Source: an uncultured Alphaproteobacteria bacterium
GTDB taxonomy: Bacteria; Pseudomonadota; Alphaproteobacteria; Methylaequorales; Methylaequoraceae
Length of the DNA stretch: 64,000 bases
Reading direction: 5' to 3'
NCBI GenBank assembly: GCA_902563305.1
Contig: CACEWP010000001.1
Span: 143,886 to 207,885 of the forward strand
In this document: one piece after another, positions 16,906-26,366 of the stretch
Layout of the letters: the number at the start of each line of letters is the position of its first letter
How positions within the stretch are numbered: position 1 is the stretch's first letter
The notes under the pieces: generated by a model
Told to the model about the DNA's origin: nothing
Databases searched by the model: none
Seen by the model: the letters and a program-made list of their open reading frames with translations, nothing else
Made by a program: the position numbers and the translations under genes

Positions 16906-17850
16906 ATGATAAAAGAACTGATAAAAAAGCTTAACAGAGAGAATATAGAATTTGAAAATGTGAATTTTTTAGCTGGAGATGCATCAGAAAGAAAATATTT
17001 TCTGATTCAACAAGGCAAACAAACTAATGTTCTTATGTTGGATGTTGACAAAGAGAACTTAGCAAAATTTCTTAAAATTTCGAAGTTTTTAAAAAATTAT
17101 GTATGTATACCCTCAATAATAGGAAATTTTAAGAATTCTGGAATTTTAATTCTAGAAAATTTTAATGGAAATAAATACAGTGAAATTTTATCTAAATCAA
17201 ATCAAATGAAGTTATATAAAATTGCAGTAGATGCACTTGTAAATGTTCATAAAAAAATCGTTCATAAAAATATACCCAGGTATACAACTAAAAAATTTTT
17301 TGAAGAGTCTGATTTATATTTTGAATGGTATTTAAAAATACCAAAACGAGAATCTAACGAAATTAAAGTTCAATTTAACTCAGTTTTTAAAGAATATTTG
17401 AAAAAAGCTTTTTTAGTTCCAAATGTATTTATTCATAGAGATTATCACGTTGATAATTTGTTTTATCTTAAAAATAAAACTAAACACTACAGATGTGGTT
17501 GGATAGATTATCAAGATGCATTAATTGGCCCCTGCACTTATGATTTGATGTCTCTTACTCAAGATGCAAGAGTTGATGTAGATAGCAGATTGGAGAATTT
17601 TATTATTAATTATTATTTGAAGAAGTTTGAGAATATAAATAAAGAAGACTTTATTTTTTCATACTCTGTTTTGGCTATACAAAGACATCTTAAAGTTCTA
17701 GGTATTTTCTCAAGGCTTTCAGTGAGAGATAAAAAAAAAAAATATCTAGATCACATGCCAAGAGTTTTAAAGATGCTTGAATCAAATTTAAAGATAAAGG
17801 AATTTTTACCTTTATACAAAATTTTAAAATATTCAATGGATCTAAAATGA
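16906..17850 (+). CDS. aminoglycoside-phosphotransferase-fold kinase (AmgK-like anomeric MurNAc/GlcNAc kinase)
   Basis: 314 aa. Kinase catalytic block IHRDYHVDNLFY and WIDYQDALIG. Occupies the conserved position between tsaE and the MurU-like gene. Confidence 0.65.
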   Translation: MIKELIKKLNRENIEFENVNFLAGDASERKYFLIQQGKQTNVLMLDVDKENLAKFLKISKFLKNYVCIPSIIGNFKNSGILILENFNGNKYSEILSKSNQMKLYKIAVDALVNVHKKIVHKNIPRYTTKKFFEESDLYFEWYLKIPKRESNEIKVQFNSVFKEYLKKAFLVPNVFIHRDYHVDNLFYLKNKTKHYRCGWIDYQDALIGPCTYDLMSLTQDARVDVDSRLENFIINYYLKKFENINKEDFIFSYSVLAIQRHLKVLGIFSRLSVRDKKKKYLDHMPRVLKMLESNLKIKEFLPLYKILKYSMDLK

Positions 17851-18554
17851 TAAATGAGGCTATGATTTTTGCAGCTGGATTGGGGAAAAGGATGTATCCT
17901 TTAACAAAAGATAAACCAAAACCCCTTGTCAAAATTAAAAACAAAAGTATTCTTAAAAAAAATATTGAAAAGTTAATAGAAAATAATTTTAAGAATATTA
18001 TTGTTAATGCATTTCATTACCCTGAGCAAATAAAGGACGAGATAAAAAAATATTCTTCTGTAAAAATTATTATAGAAAAAGACAGACTTGAAACAGGAGG
18101 TGGCCTAGTTAACGCCATAAATGAAAATTATTTTGAGGAAGACTCGCCTATTATTCTTCTAAATAGCGATATTTTTTGGGAAAATAAAAGTTATAATTCA
18201 CTGGAGAAAATAAAAAAGTTATGGAATCCAAATGAAATGGATATGCTTTTATGTCTTAAAGAAAAAGAAGATTTTTTTGGTTATGATGGTCATGGTGATT
18301 TTGGTTTGATAAATCCTGATAAATGTCCTTCACAACTTAGAAAAGCAAAAATCAATCCTTATGCTTACACTGGTCTTCAAGTAACAAAACAAGAAGTTTT
18401 TAAAAATATAAAAAAAAAATATTTTTCTATAAAAGATAAAATATTTGAGTCTTTAGAAAAACAAAAACTATTTGGATATATCGATCAAAATCCCTGGTTT
18501 CATATTGGAACTATAAATGCGCTTGAAGATTTTAGGAAAAATTATAATGAATAA
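17847..18554 (+). CDS. nucleotidyltransferase (MurU-like MurNAc-1-P uridylyltransferase)
   Basis: 235 aa. The N-terminal AMIFAAGLGKRMYPLTKDKPKPLV is a sugar-phosphate nucleotidyltransferase motif. ATGA-type overlap with the kinase. Confidence 0.7.
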   Translation: MINEAMIFAAGLGKRMYPLTKDKPKPLVKIKNKSILKKNIEKLIENNFKNIIVNAFHYPEQIKDEIKKYSSVKIIIEKDRLETGGGLVNAINENYFEEDSPIILLNSDIFWENKSYNSLEKIKKLWNPNEMDMLLCLKEKEDFFGYDGHGDFGLINPDKCPSQLRKAKINPYAYTGLQVTKQEVFKNIKKKYFSIKDKIFESLEKQKLFGYIDQNPWFHIGTINALEDFRKNYNE

Positions 18555-20022
18555 TTTTATAGTATATGATTTTGAAACGTCCGGAAGAAACTCTAGATTT
18601 GATCAAATTCTCCAAGCAGGGATCATTATTTATGATAGAAACTTTTTGGCTTTGGAAAAAATGAATCTAAGGTCAAGGATCAATCCTGATATTGTACCCT
18701 CAATAAATGCACTTAGAGTTAATAAACTTAAGATATCAGATATTTTATCAGAGGAAAAAAGTTATTATGAAATGACAATCCAAATGTATAATTCTCTTTC
18801 CAAGTATAATAATTCTTTTTTTGTAGGTTTTAATTCAATAAACTTTGATGAAGAATTCTTTAGACAAGTATTATGGGAACATTTTATTTTTCCTTACTTA
18901 ACAAATACAAATGGAAACTCCAGACTAGATGTTCTAAATTTTGCAACATTAGTTCATGCATTCAGGAAAGAATCTTTAAATGTAGAAAGAAATAATGAAG
19001 GAAAAATTACTTTCAAACTCGAAAGCCTAGCTAAAGCAAACTCTTTTGAATCAAAGAACGCTCATGAAGCAATAGCAGATGTAGAAACAACAATGAAACT
19101 ATTGGAAATTTTAGTAGATAAAAACAATGATCTTTTTAACGTTTTTATTAGCAATTCGTACCCACAAAAATTAGAAAATAAAATTTTTGAACAAGATATC
19201 TTTACTTTACATAATTATCTTTTTAACAAACATAGAGTATATCTTGTAAAAAATCTCATTAAACATCCAGTCTATAAAAATCAAATGATTGGTTTTGATT
19301 TAAAGTACGATACGTCTGAAATAATTGATTATAATATTGATCAGCTGAGAGATATTTATAAATCAAAATCATTTTTCAGAAAGATCAAACTTAATAAACA
19401 ACCATCTATCCTTGATAAATCATTTGCGCGAAATTACAGCCCTTATAGTGAGCTCACAGATGAAGAAATACATTTAAAATGCAAACAGTTGAAAAAAAAC
19501 GAATTCCTTGAAAATCTTAACAAAATTCTGGAAAAAGAATCTTTTGATTATAATGAAAATAAAAGTCAGGAAATTTTATTTGAGGAAGAAACTATTTATT
19601 CTCAGAAGGTTAATTATAGTGATTCACAAATTATGAATAGATTTCATGATGAAAAATGGGACCAAAAGTGGTTTTTTGCAGAAAAGTTCAAAGATCAAAG
19701 GTTAAGATTTTTTGCTGCAAGACATATCTTTAGAAATCATCCAGAGGAATTACCAAAAAAAATTTTTGGGTTCCTTCATCAAAAAGTTTCAGAACGTCTT
19801 TGCTCTCTGAACAAGGTTGAATTTATTACAATACCAGCAGCAATGGAAGAGGCTGATTCCTTATCTCTAGAGATGGAAGAAAATGATTTGGGAGATGATT
19901 TAAAGGAACAGATTAATCAGTATAATGAATATATAAATTTCTTAAATGATTACTATAGAAATCCTAACCCAAACCCTATAAAATTTGATAAAGTTTTATC
20001 AAAAAAACTTTTTGGAAAATAA
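18547..20022 (+). CDS. sbcB: exodeoxyribonuclease I-like DEDDh exonuclease
   Basis: About 491 aa from the ATG at 18547 (the ORF track begins at 18517). FIVYDFETSGRNSRFDQILQ, GFNSINFDEEFFR, NSRLDVLN, FKLESLAKAN..ESKNAHEAIADVETT and the C-terminal RLRFFAARHIFRNHPEEL parallel E. coli ExoI along its full length. Confidence 0.8.
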   Translation: MNNFIVYDFETSGRNSRFDQILQAGIIIYDRNFLALEKMNLRSRINPDIVPSINALRVNKLKISDILSEEKSYYEMTIQMYNSLSKYNNSFFVGFNSINFDEEFFRQVLWEHFIFPYLTNTNGNSRLDVLNFATLVHAFRKESLNVERNNEGKITFKLESLAKANSFESKNAHEAIADVETTMKLLEILVDKNNDLFNVFISNSYPQKLENKIFEQDIFTLHNYLFNKHRVYLVKNLIKHPVYKNQMIGFDLKYDTSEIIDYNIDQLRDIYKSKSFFRKIKLNKQPSILDKSFARNYSPYSELTDEEIHLKCKQLKKNEFLENLNKILEKESFDYNENKSQEILFEEETIYSQKVNYSDSQIMNRFHDEKWDQKWFFAEKFKDQRLRFFAARHIFRNHPEELPKKIFGFLHQKVSERLCSLNKVEFITIPAAMEEADSLSLEMEENDLGDDLKEQINQYNEYINFLNDYYRNPNPNPIKFDKVLSKKLFGK

Positions 20023-20033
20023 TGGAGTAAAAA

Positions 20034-20357
20034 ATGACAGCTATTAAAAACTGTAACGAGAATGAATTTGAAAATCAGGTTCTAAAATCAACACTTCCTG
20101 TTATTGTTGATTTTTGGGCCGAATGGTGTGGACCTTGTAAAATGTTAACACCAATCTTAGAAGAACTTTCAGATGAACTAAAAGATGAAATTAATATTAT
20201 AAAAGTAAATTTAGATGAAAATCAAGAACTAGCCATGAAATATTCAATCAGAAGCATACCAACGCTTTTATTATTTAAAGAGGGAGATTTGTTAGATACA
20301 AAGATAGGATTATTGCCAAAAAAAGATATAATAGAATGGATTAGATCAAAAATTTAA
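20034..20357 (+). CDS. trxA: thioredoxin
   Basis: 107 aa. FWAEWCGPCK active site. Confidence 0.95.
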   Translation: MTAIKNCNENEFENQVLKSTLPVIVDFWAEWCGPCKMLTPILEELSDELKDEINIIKVNLDENQELAMKYSIRSIPTLLLFKEGDLLDTKIGLLPKKDIIEWIRSKI

Positions 20358-21661
20358 TCAATTTTATAACCGTCTACTTTTAGAACCTCACCTGCTAAAT
20401 ATAGCGATCCACATATTATCATTTTACCTGATGAATATTTATTTTTGATATTATTTAATGCTTCTATTATATTTAGAGAGCAATTAATACCAATATTTGT
20501 ATTTAGATTATTTTTTAAATCGTTTTTAATTTCGTAGGGTTGAATATATTGGTGTTCAGAGATAGGAAGTAAATAAATTTCTGAAATTCTCTTAATTAGT
20601 TGTTTTATAAATCCAGTCGGATCTTTGCCCATCATCATACCAATTATTAAAAATATATTGTCTTTTTTCCATTTTTGAATTATTTTGCTTAGTATATTTG
20701 ATGCGTCTATATTGTGCCCACCATCCAACCAGATTTCAAATTTATCACCAACTAATTTTGAAAGTCTTCCGCTTTGAAGTTTCTGCATTCTTGCTGGCCA
20801 GGTTGCTTTGAGTATACCATTTTCAATATTCTTTTTTGATATATTGTTTTTGTTAAGTGATAAAATAGCTGCAGCTGCAGTTGATGCATTATCAATCTGA
20901 TGCTCGCCTTCAAGATTAGGAAATTTGAATTGATACTTTGATTCTGCAAAACGCATATAAAATATTTTTCTCTTAAAATCCTTTTCTATTATTTTCCAAT
21001 CAACTCCTTCCTCAAATAGTTTTATATTTCTTTTTTTTGCTTCATTTCTAGCTAACTTTTTTACCTCAACTTCTTGTTTTGAGATGACTGTTTTATTTGA
21101 ATTTTTAAGTATTCCAAGCTTTTCCTTTGTTATTTTTTTTATAGTTGATCCTAAAAAATTCATATGATCAAGAGAAATTGGAGTGATAACACTACAAATT
21201 TTATTATGTATCACGTTGGTAGCATCGAATCTTCCCCCAAGCCCTGTTTCCAAAAGTAAAATATCAGCTTTAATTCTACTGAAAGCTAGGAATGCTGCAG
21301 CAGTTGTTATTTCAAAAAAGGTTATATTTTCTCCATTGTTGTAATACTCACATTCCTCTAATAGGGAATTCAAGTAATTATTACTTATAAGTTTCGAGTT
21401 AATTCTAATTCTTTCATTAAATTTAATAAGATGAGGGGAAGTATATGTATGAACTTTATATTTTGAATCTTCAAATATAGATCTTAAAAAAGAGGTAACA
21501 GACCCTTTTCCATTTGTTCCTGCTATGTGAATCGTTTGAGGAATTTTAAGATGTGGTTTTTCTAATTTATTTAGAAGTTTGTTTAAACGTGCGAGAGATA
21601 AATCAATTTTTTTTGGATGAAGTAATTCAAGCCTTTTTAAAATTTTTGTTGATTTATCCAC
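20354..21661 (-). CDS. folC: bifunctional folylpolyglutamate synthase / dihydrofolate synthase
   Basis: 435 aa. Mur-ligase P-loop HIAGTNGKGS, ETGLGGRFDATN. Sits downstream of accD. Confidence 0.9.
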   Translation of the reverse strand: MDKSTKILKRLELLHPKKIDLSLARLNKLLNKLEKPHLKIPQTIHIAGTNGKGSVTSFLRSIFEDSKYKVHTYTSPHLIKFNERIRINSKLISNNYLNSLLEECEYYNNGENITFFEITTAAAFLAFSRIKADILLLETGLGGRFDATNVIHNKICSVITPISLDHMNFLGSTIKKITKEKLGILKNSNKTVISKQEVEVKKLARNEAKKRNIKLFEEGVDWKIIEKDFKRKIFYMRFAESKYQFKFPNLEGEHQIDNASTAAAAILSLNKNNISKKNIENGILKATWPARMQKLQSGRLSKLVGDKFEIWLDGGHNIDASNILSKIIQKWKKDNIFLIIGMMMGKDPTGFIKQLIKRISEIYLLPISEHQYIQPYEIKNDLKNNLNTNIGINCSLNIIEALNNIKNKYSSGKMIICGSLYLAGEVLKVDGYKID

Positions 21662-21668
21662 AATTTAT

Positions 21669-22511
21669 TTAAATTACTAAGAAATCTAATAAATCTTCAA
21701 TTTTCTTATTTAGGTCTTTTCTATGGACAACTAAATCAATCATACCTTTTTCCATAAGATATTCAGATTTTTGAAAGTTTTGAGGTAGTTTTTCTTTTAT
21801 TGTGTCTTCGATTACTCTGCTGCCTGCGAAACCAATTGTGGCATTTTTCTCAGCAATAATTATGTCACCAAGCATTGCAAAAGAAGCTGAAACACCTCCA
21901 GTAGTTGGATCGGTAAGTACAGAAATAAAAGGTAAATTTGATTTACCGAAGGAATTTATTGCAATAACGGTTCTAGGCATCTGCATTAAAGATAAAATTC
22001 CCTCCTGCATTCTTGCACCACCCGAAGAGCTAAAAATAATTAAAGGAAGGAGATTCTTTTTTGCAAATTCACATGCAGTGATAACTGCCTCGCCTGCGGC
22101 CATACCCATAGAACCACCCATAAAGTTAAAATCAAAAATTGCCGTAACAACTTTTTTTGCATTCATTGTTCCAGAGGCAACAATGACAGAATCATTAGTT
22201 TGATTTTTTTTTTGTGCTGTCTTCAATCTATCAACATATTTTTTACTATCTTTAAAATTTAGCGGATCAGGTTTAATTTTTGGAGTATCGATGATCATAT
22301 AGTTTTTTCCTAAAAAAAGTTCCAGTCTTTCTTTTGATGAGACTCTAAAGTGATGATCACAATGCTTACAAACAAATTGATTGGTTATTAATTCTTTCTT
22401 AAGTAACATTTGTGAACACTTTGGACATGTTTCCCAAAGATTATCAGGCACTTCTTTTTTACCAACAAAAGCTTGGAGCTTAGGCTTTACATAATTCGTT
22501 ATCCAATTCAT
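21669..22511 (-). CDS. accD: acetyl-CoA carboxylase carboxyltransferase beta subunit
   Basis: 280 aa. N-terminal zinc ribbon CPKC...CKHC and a carboxyltransferase block GGSMGMAAGE...SGGARMQEG. Confidence 0.95.
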   Translation of the reverse strand: MNWITNYVKPKLQAFVGKKEVPDNLWETCPKCSQMLLKKELITNQFVCKHCDHHFRVSSKERLELFLGKNYMIIDTPKIKPDPLNFKDSKKYVDRLKTAQKKNQTNDSVIVASGTMNAKKVVTAIFDFNFMGGSMGMAAGEAVITACEFAKKNLLPLIIFSSSGGARMQEGILSLMQMPRTVIAINSFGKSNLPFISVLTDPTTGGVSASFAMLGDIIIAEKNATIGFAGSRVIEDTIKEKLPQNFQKSEYLMEKGMIDLVVHRKDLNKKIEDLLDFLVI

Positions 22512-22527
22512 ATTTAGTAATTTACCA

Positions 22528-23331
22528 TTAATTTTTTAAATTTGTTAAGAAATTGGATATGTTCTTCAACATTGTATTTTCATTAACTTTACCATTATCG
22601 AAATCCTCGATGAGGCTAACTAATGCTGATCCAACAACACATCCATCTGAAAATTTATTAAGCTGCTTAATTTGATTTTTAGATTTAATTCCAAACCCTA
22701 CGCATATAGGTAGTTTTGACATTTTTCTAATTTTTTTTACAGATTTTTCTACTTCAATTATCGAAGGCCTTTTGGTTCCCGTTATACCCATTACGGAAAC
22801 ATAATATAAGAAACCATCAGTGTGTTTTAAAATATGTTGTAATCGTTTTGTATGGGTTGTAGGGGTTAATAATCTAATATTGTGCACATTATATTTATTT
22901 GTATATTTGTAAATATAATGATTTTCTTCAGGTGGTAAATCTACGATTATTAGACCGTCGACACCAACTGAATAACAACTTTTAAAAAACCTTTCAAGAC
23001 CAAATTGAAAGATTGGATTAAAATATCCCATAAGAATAATAGGTGTGGTTTTTTCTTTTATTCTAAAATCATTTACTAACTTAAAGGTACTTTTCAAATC
23101 AGTTCCAGCTTTTATAGCTCTTTGGCTGGATTTCTGGATTGTTGGTCCATCAGCCATTGGATCGGAAAAAGGGAAGCCAATTTCTATTAAGTCAACTTTT
23201 TTTTCATTAAGTATGTTAAGAATCTTTTTGGAAATATTTTGATTAGGATCACCAGCAGTTACAAATGCAACCAAGGCCTTTTGATTTTTTTTCCTAAGCT
23301 CTAAAAATTTACTTTCTATTCTATTTTTCAT
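22528..23331 (-). CDS. trpA: tryptophan synthase alpha chain
   Basis: 267 aa. Carries IEIGFPFSDPMADGPTIQ and YYVSVMGITG. Confidence 0.95.
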   Translation of the reverse strand: MKNRIESKFLELRKKNQKALVAFVTAGDPNQNISKKILNILNEKKVDLIEIGFPFSDPMADGPTIQKSSQRAIKAGTDLKSTFKLVNDFRIKEKTTPIILMGYFNPIFQFGLERFFKSCYSVGVDGLIIVDLPPEENHYIYKYTNKYNVHNIRLLTPTTHTKRLQHILKHTDGFLYYVSVMGITGTKRPSIIEVEKSVKKIRKMSKLPICVGFGIKSKNQIKQLNKFSDGCVVGSALVSLIEDFDNGKVNENTMLKNISNFLTNLKN

Positions 23332-23339
23332 TGTTTTAT

Positions 23340-24557
23340 CTAAAGTTTAACTCCAAGATATTCAGAAATTGAAAAAATATCTTTATCTCCCCTTCCACAC
23401 ATATTCATTATTATGATCTCATTATTTTTAAATTTTTTTGCATTCTTCATCAAAAATGCAAGAGCATGTGAGGGTTCGAGAGCGGGAATAATTCCTTCCA
23501 ATTTAGAACATATTTTAAATGCTTCTAAAGCTTCTTTGTCTGTAGCACTAAAATATTTCACTCTCCCAGTTTCTTTTAACCAAGAATGTTCTGGACCAAT
23601 ACCTGGATAATCTAGTCCTGCGGAAATTGAATGTGCATCATTAATTTGTCCCTGATTATTTTGTAATAGGTAAGTATAATTACCGTGTAAAAAACCTGGC
23701 TTTCCTTTGATCAATGATGCAGCATGTTTTTTTGTATTTACACCTTCGCCCCCAGCTTCTATTCCAATAATTTTTACATTCTTATTATTAAGAAATGGAT
23801 AAAAAAGTCCAAGAGCATTTGATCCCCCTCCAATACAAGCCAACAGGTAATCCGGTAGTCTTTTTTCTAATTTTAATATTTGTTTTTTTGCTTCGATTCC
23901 AATTATCGACTGGAAGTCTCTTACCATCATTGGATATGGATGAGGTCCAGCTACAGTACCTATAACGTAAAAAGTATCATTAACATTTGAAACCCAATCT
24001 CTTAATGCTTCGTTCATTGCATCCTTTAATGTTGATGTTCCTGATGTGACTGGTATTATTTCTGCTCCTAATAACTTCATTTTAAAAACATTTGGAGCTT
24101 GTCTTTTTATATCTAAAGCTCCCATATAAACAACACATTTAAGATTAAAAAGAGCACAAACAGTTGCTGTGGCTAGTCCGTGTTGACCTGCTCCTGTTTC
24201 AGCAACAATTCTTTTTTTCCCCATTTCTTTGGCTAAAAGAATTTGGCCTACGCAATTATTTATTTTGTGTGCTCCTGTATGATTTAACTCATCTCTTTTG
24301 AAATAAACTTTTGCGTTACCGATTTCATTAGATATTCTTTCAGCAAGATAAAGAGGACTTGGTCTTCCTATATAGTTGGTAAAATAATAGTTAAGATTTT
24401 GTTTGAACTTTTTAGATTTTTTTGCCTTTTTATATTGCTCCTCAACATCAATCAGTAATGGCATTAAAGTTTCTGCAACAAATCTTCCTCCAAATTTTCC
24501 AAATCTTCCGTGTTTATCTGGAAATCTATAATAATTTACTTTCTTTTTTACATTCAT
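23340..24557 (-). CDS. trpB: tryptophan synthase beta chain
   Basis: 405 aa. Carries [26 protein letters not shown] and GGGSNALG. Confidence 0.97.
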   Translation of the reverse strand: MNVKKKVNYYRFPDKHGRFGKFGGRFVAETLMPLLIDVEEQYKKAKKSKKFKQNLNYYFTNYIGRPSPLYLAERISNEIGNAKVYFKRDELNHTGAHKINNCVGQILLAKEMGKKRIVAETGAGQHGLATATVCALFNLKCVVYMGALDIKRQAPNVFKMKLLGAEIIPVTSGTSTLKDAMNEALRDWVSNVNDTFYVIGTVAGPHPYPMMVRDFQSIIGIEAKKQILKLEKRLPDYLLACIGGGSNALGLFYPFLNNKNVKIIGIEAGGEGVNTKKHAASLIKGKPGFLHGNYTYLLQNNQGQINDAHSISAGLDYPGIGPEHSWLKETGRVKYFSATDKEALEAFKICSKLEGIIPALEPSHALAFLMKNAKKFKNNEIIIMNMCGRGDKDIFSISEYLGVKL

Positions 24558-25179
24558 ACCTTCTCACAAGTTTAATAAATTTTTCTATCTTTTTCTTACA
24601 TTTTGTTCCTTTAGATTTTTCCACACCTGAAGAAACATCAATAAAATTAGCATTTGTAGTTTTTATTGCACTAGTAACATTCTTTATATTTAAACCACCA
24701 GCCAGAATCCACTCTACCGAGGAATCATATCCTTTTAAAAGGCTCCAATCAAATGATATTCCGGACCCACCTCTAACACCAGAATTGGATTTTGTATCAA
24801 ATAATATCATGTCACATAATTTTTCATATTTTTTAGCATCTTTTATATCCGAATAGTTTTTCACTGGAACTGATTTAATAATTGGTTTATTCAATTTTTT
24901 TACTTTTTTAATATAATCTAGATCTTCATCACCATGAAGTTGTATTACATCAAGTTCTAATAATTCTGTTATATGACTAATTACGTTAAGATCAGCATTA
25001 ACAAATAATCCAACAAGTTTTTGTTTTTCGTTCATATATTTTCTTAATTCTTTTGCTTTTAGTGCGTTAATAAATCTTGGAGATTTTTGATAAAAAACGA
25101 ATCCTATATAATTAGCATCCGCAGCCGCTATTATAGATTCTTTATCTTTAAGTCCGCACAACTTGATTTTTAGATTCAA
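24526..25179 (-). CDS. trpF: phosphoribosylanthranilate isomerase
   Basis: 217 aa. KLCGLK N-terminus, IQLHGDE, and a position upstream of trpBA. Confidence 0.9.
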   Translation of the reverse strand: MNLKIKLCGLKDKESIIAAADANYIGFVFYQKSPRFINALKAKELRKYMNEKQKLVGLFVNADLNVISHITELLELDVIQLHGDEDLDYIKKVKKLNKPIIKSVPVKNYSDIKDAKKYEKLCDMILFDTKSNSGVRGGSGISFDWSLLKGYDSSVEWILAGGLNIKNVTSAIKTTNANFIDVSSGVEKSKGTKCKKKIEKFIKLVRRYECKKESKLL

Positions 25180-25870
25180 AATTCACCTCTATTTCTTTTA
25201 TTATTTTATTGATTGAATCAATTGGATCATTTGATTGTGTTATTGATCTACCAATTATTAGAATTGACGAACCCGATTTTATTGCGTCACTAGGAGACAC
25301 AACTCTTTTTTGATCATTCAAGCTATTTTGAGGAAGTCTAATTCCTGGAGTAATATATAATAATTTTTTATTGTTTAACCTCTCTTTTAAATATGCAACT
25401 TCATGTGCTGAAGACACCAAACCGTCTACTCCTGCTTTTTCTCCTATTTTTGCCAAGTTTTCAACGTATTTTAAGCTGCTAAGATTATAACCAAAACTTT
25501 TTAAATCTTTATTATCAAGGCTGGTGAGCATTGAAACACCCAAAATCTTGGTAGTTTCTTTTATAGAAATTATTTCTTTTAACATTGAATATCCTCCGGA
25601 TAGGTGTACGGAGAGATAATCTGGTTTTAATTTGATTAAGTTTTTTGCAGATTTTTTTGCAGTATTTGGGATGTCTTTCAGTTTCATGTCTAGGAAAATT
25701 GGTAACCCCATTTTTTTTATTTCTATAACACCCTGAGGACCATTTTCTGAGAAAAATTCAAGACCAATTTTTATACCTCCAACATGATCAGAAATCTTTG
25801 AGATGAACTTTTTAGATTCTTCTATTTTGGTAAAGTCAATTGCGCAAAATATATTGTCTTTATAATTCAT
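25148..25870 (-). CDS. pyrF: orotidine-5'-phosphate decarboxylase
   Basis: 240 aa. Carries FCAIDF, FLDMKLKDIPNT and IIGRSI. Confidence 0.9.
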   Translation of the reverse strand: MNYKDNIFCAIDFTKIEESKKFISKISDHVGGIKIGLEFFSENGPQGVIEIKKMGLPIFLDMKLKDIPNTAKKSAKNLIKLKPDYLSVHLSGGYSMLKEIISIKETTKILGVSMLTSLDNKDLKSFGYNLSSLKYVENLAKIGEKAGVDGLVSSAHEVAYLKERLNNKKLLYITPGIRLPQNSLNDQKRVVSPSDAIKSGSSILIIGRSITQSNDPIDSINKIIKEIEVNFESKNQVVRT

Positions 25871-25874
25871 TTTA

Positions 25875-26075
25875 TTAACTTAAAACTTTTTTAAGATATG
25901 AAAAGATGAATCCTAACAAAATTCCTATAAACAATAGAACAAATACGAGGATATAAAGAGGTAATTCTACAAAATAGGGAAAAGGAAAAAAATTAATTTT
26001 AACTAGAAATTTATTTCCAAGTGCGAAAAGGGAAAAAAAAGTTAAAAAAAAAAAAAAAGGATTAGTCCTAATAAT
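25875..26075 (-). CDS. LapA-like (DUF1049-like) two-TM mini-protein, no canonical start codon
   Basis: - A 67-codon open frame fills the ihfB-pyrF gap exactly. It begins right after the ihfB TAA, in the same frame, and stops 4 nt before the pyrF ATG.
- Translation is KIIRTNPFFFFLTFFSLFALGNKFLVKINFFPFPYFVELPLYILVFVLLFIGILLGFIFSYLKKVLS.
- The pattern TM1-N..V.INF...LPL-TM2 resembles LapA-domain proteins.
- There is no ATG, GTG or TTG upstream of TM1. The coordinates assume the ATT at 26075. Confidence 0.4.
   Translation of the reverse strand: MIRTNPFFFFLTFFSLFALGNKFLVKINFFPFPYFVELPLYILVFVLLFIGILLGFIFSYLKKVLS
26044..26058. repeat. A15/T15 homopolymer tract
   Basis: 15 consecutive A on the + strand, preceded by an A8 run at 26033-26040. 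On the minus strand it encodes the FFFF of the LapA-like frame. Confidence 0.95.
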
Positions 26076-26078
26076 TTT

Positions 26079-26366
26079 TTAATCTTTCCTGTCATTGAGT
26101 TCCTTTCTTAACCTTTTTCCAGGAATAAAATGGACAAAATATTTATCTTTAATTTCAATTTTTTCTCCAGAGGATGGGTTTCGTCCAGTTCTTGCTTTTC
26201 TCATTCTAGTTGAAAAAGTTCCGAAATCTCTGATTTCAATTCTGGCCCCTTTGGCAAGATTAGATGAAAAAAATTGTAGAATTTTTTCTAATGTTCTCTC
26301 TACCTCTCTTCTTGGAAGATAGTCAAACTTGCTTTCAAGGTCTCTTAAAATATCCGATTTTTTCAT
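26079..26366 (-). CDS. ihfB: integration host factor beta subunit
   Basis: 95 aa from the ATG at 26366 (MKKSDIL...), which forms an ATGA overlap with the sppA stop. FGTFSTRMRKARTGRNPSSGEKIEI is the HU/IHF arm. Confidence 0.9.
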   Translation of the reverse strand: MKKSDILRDLESKFDYLPRREVERTLEKILQFFSSNLAKGARIEIRDFGTFSTRMRKARTGRNPSSGEKIEIKDKYFVHFIPGKRLRKELNDRKD

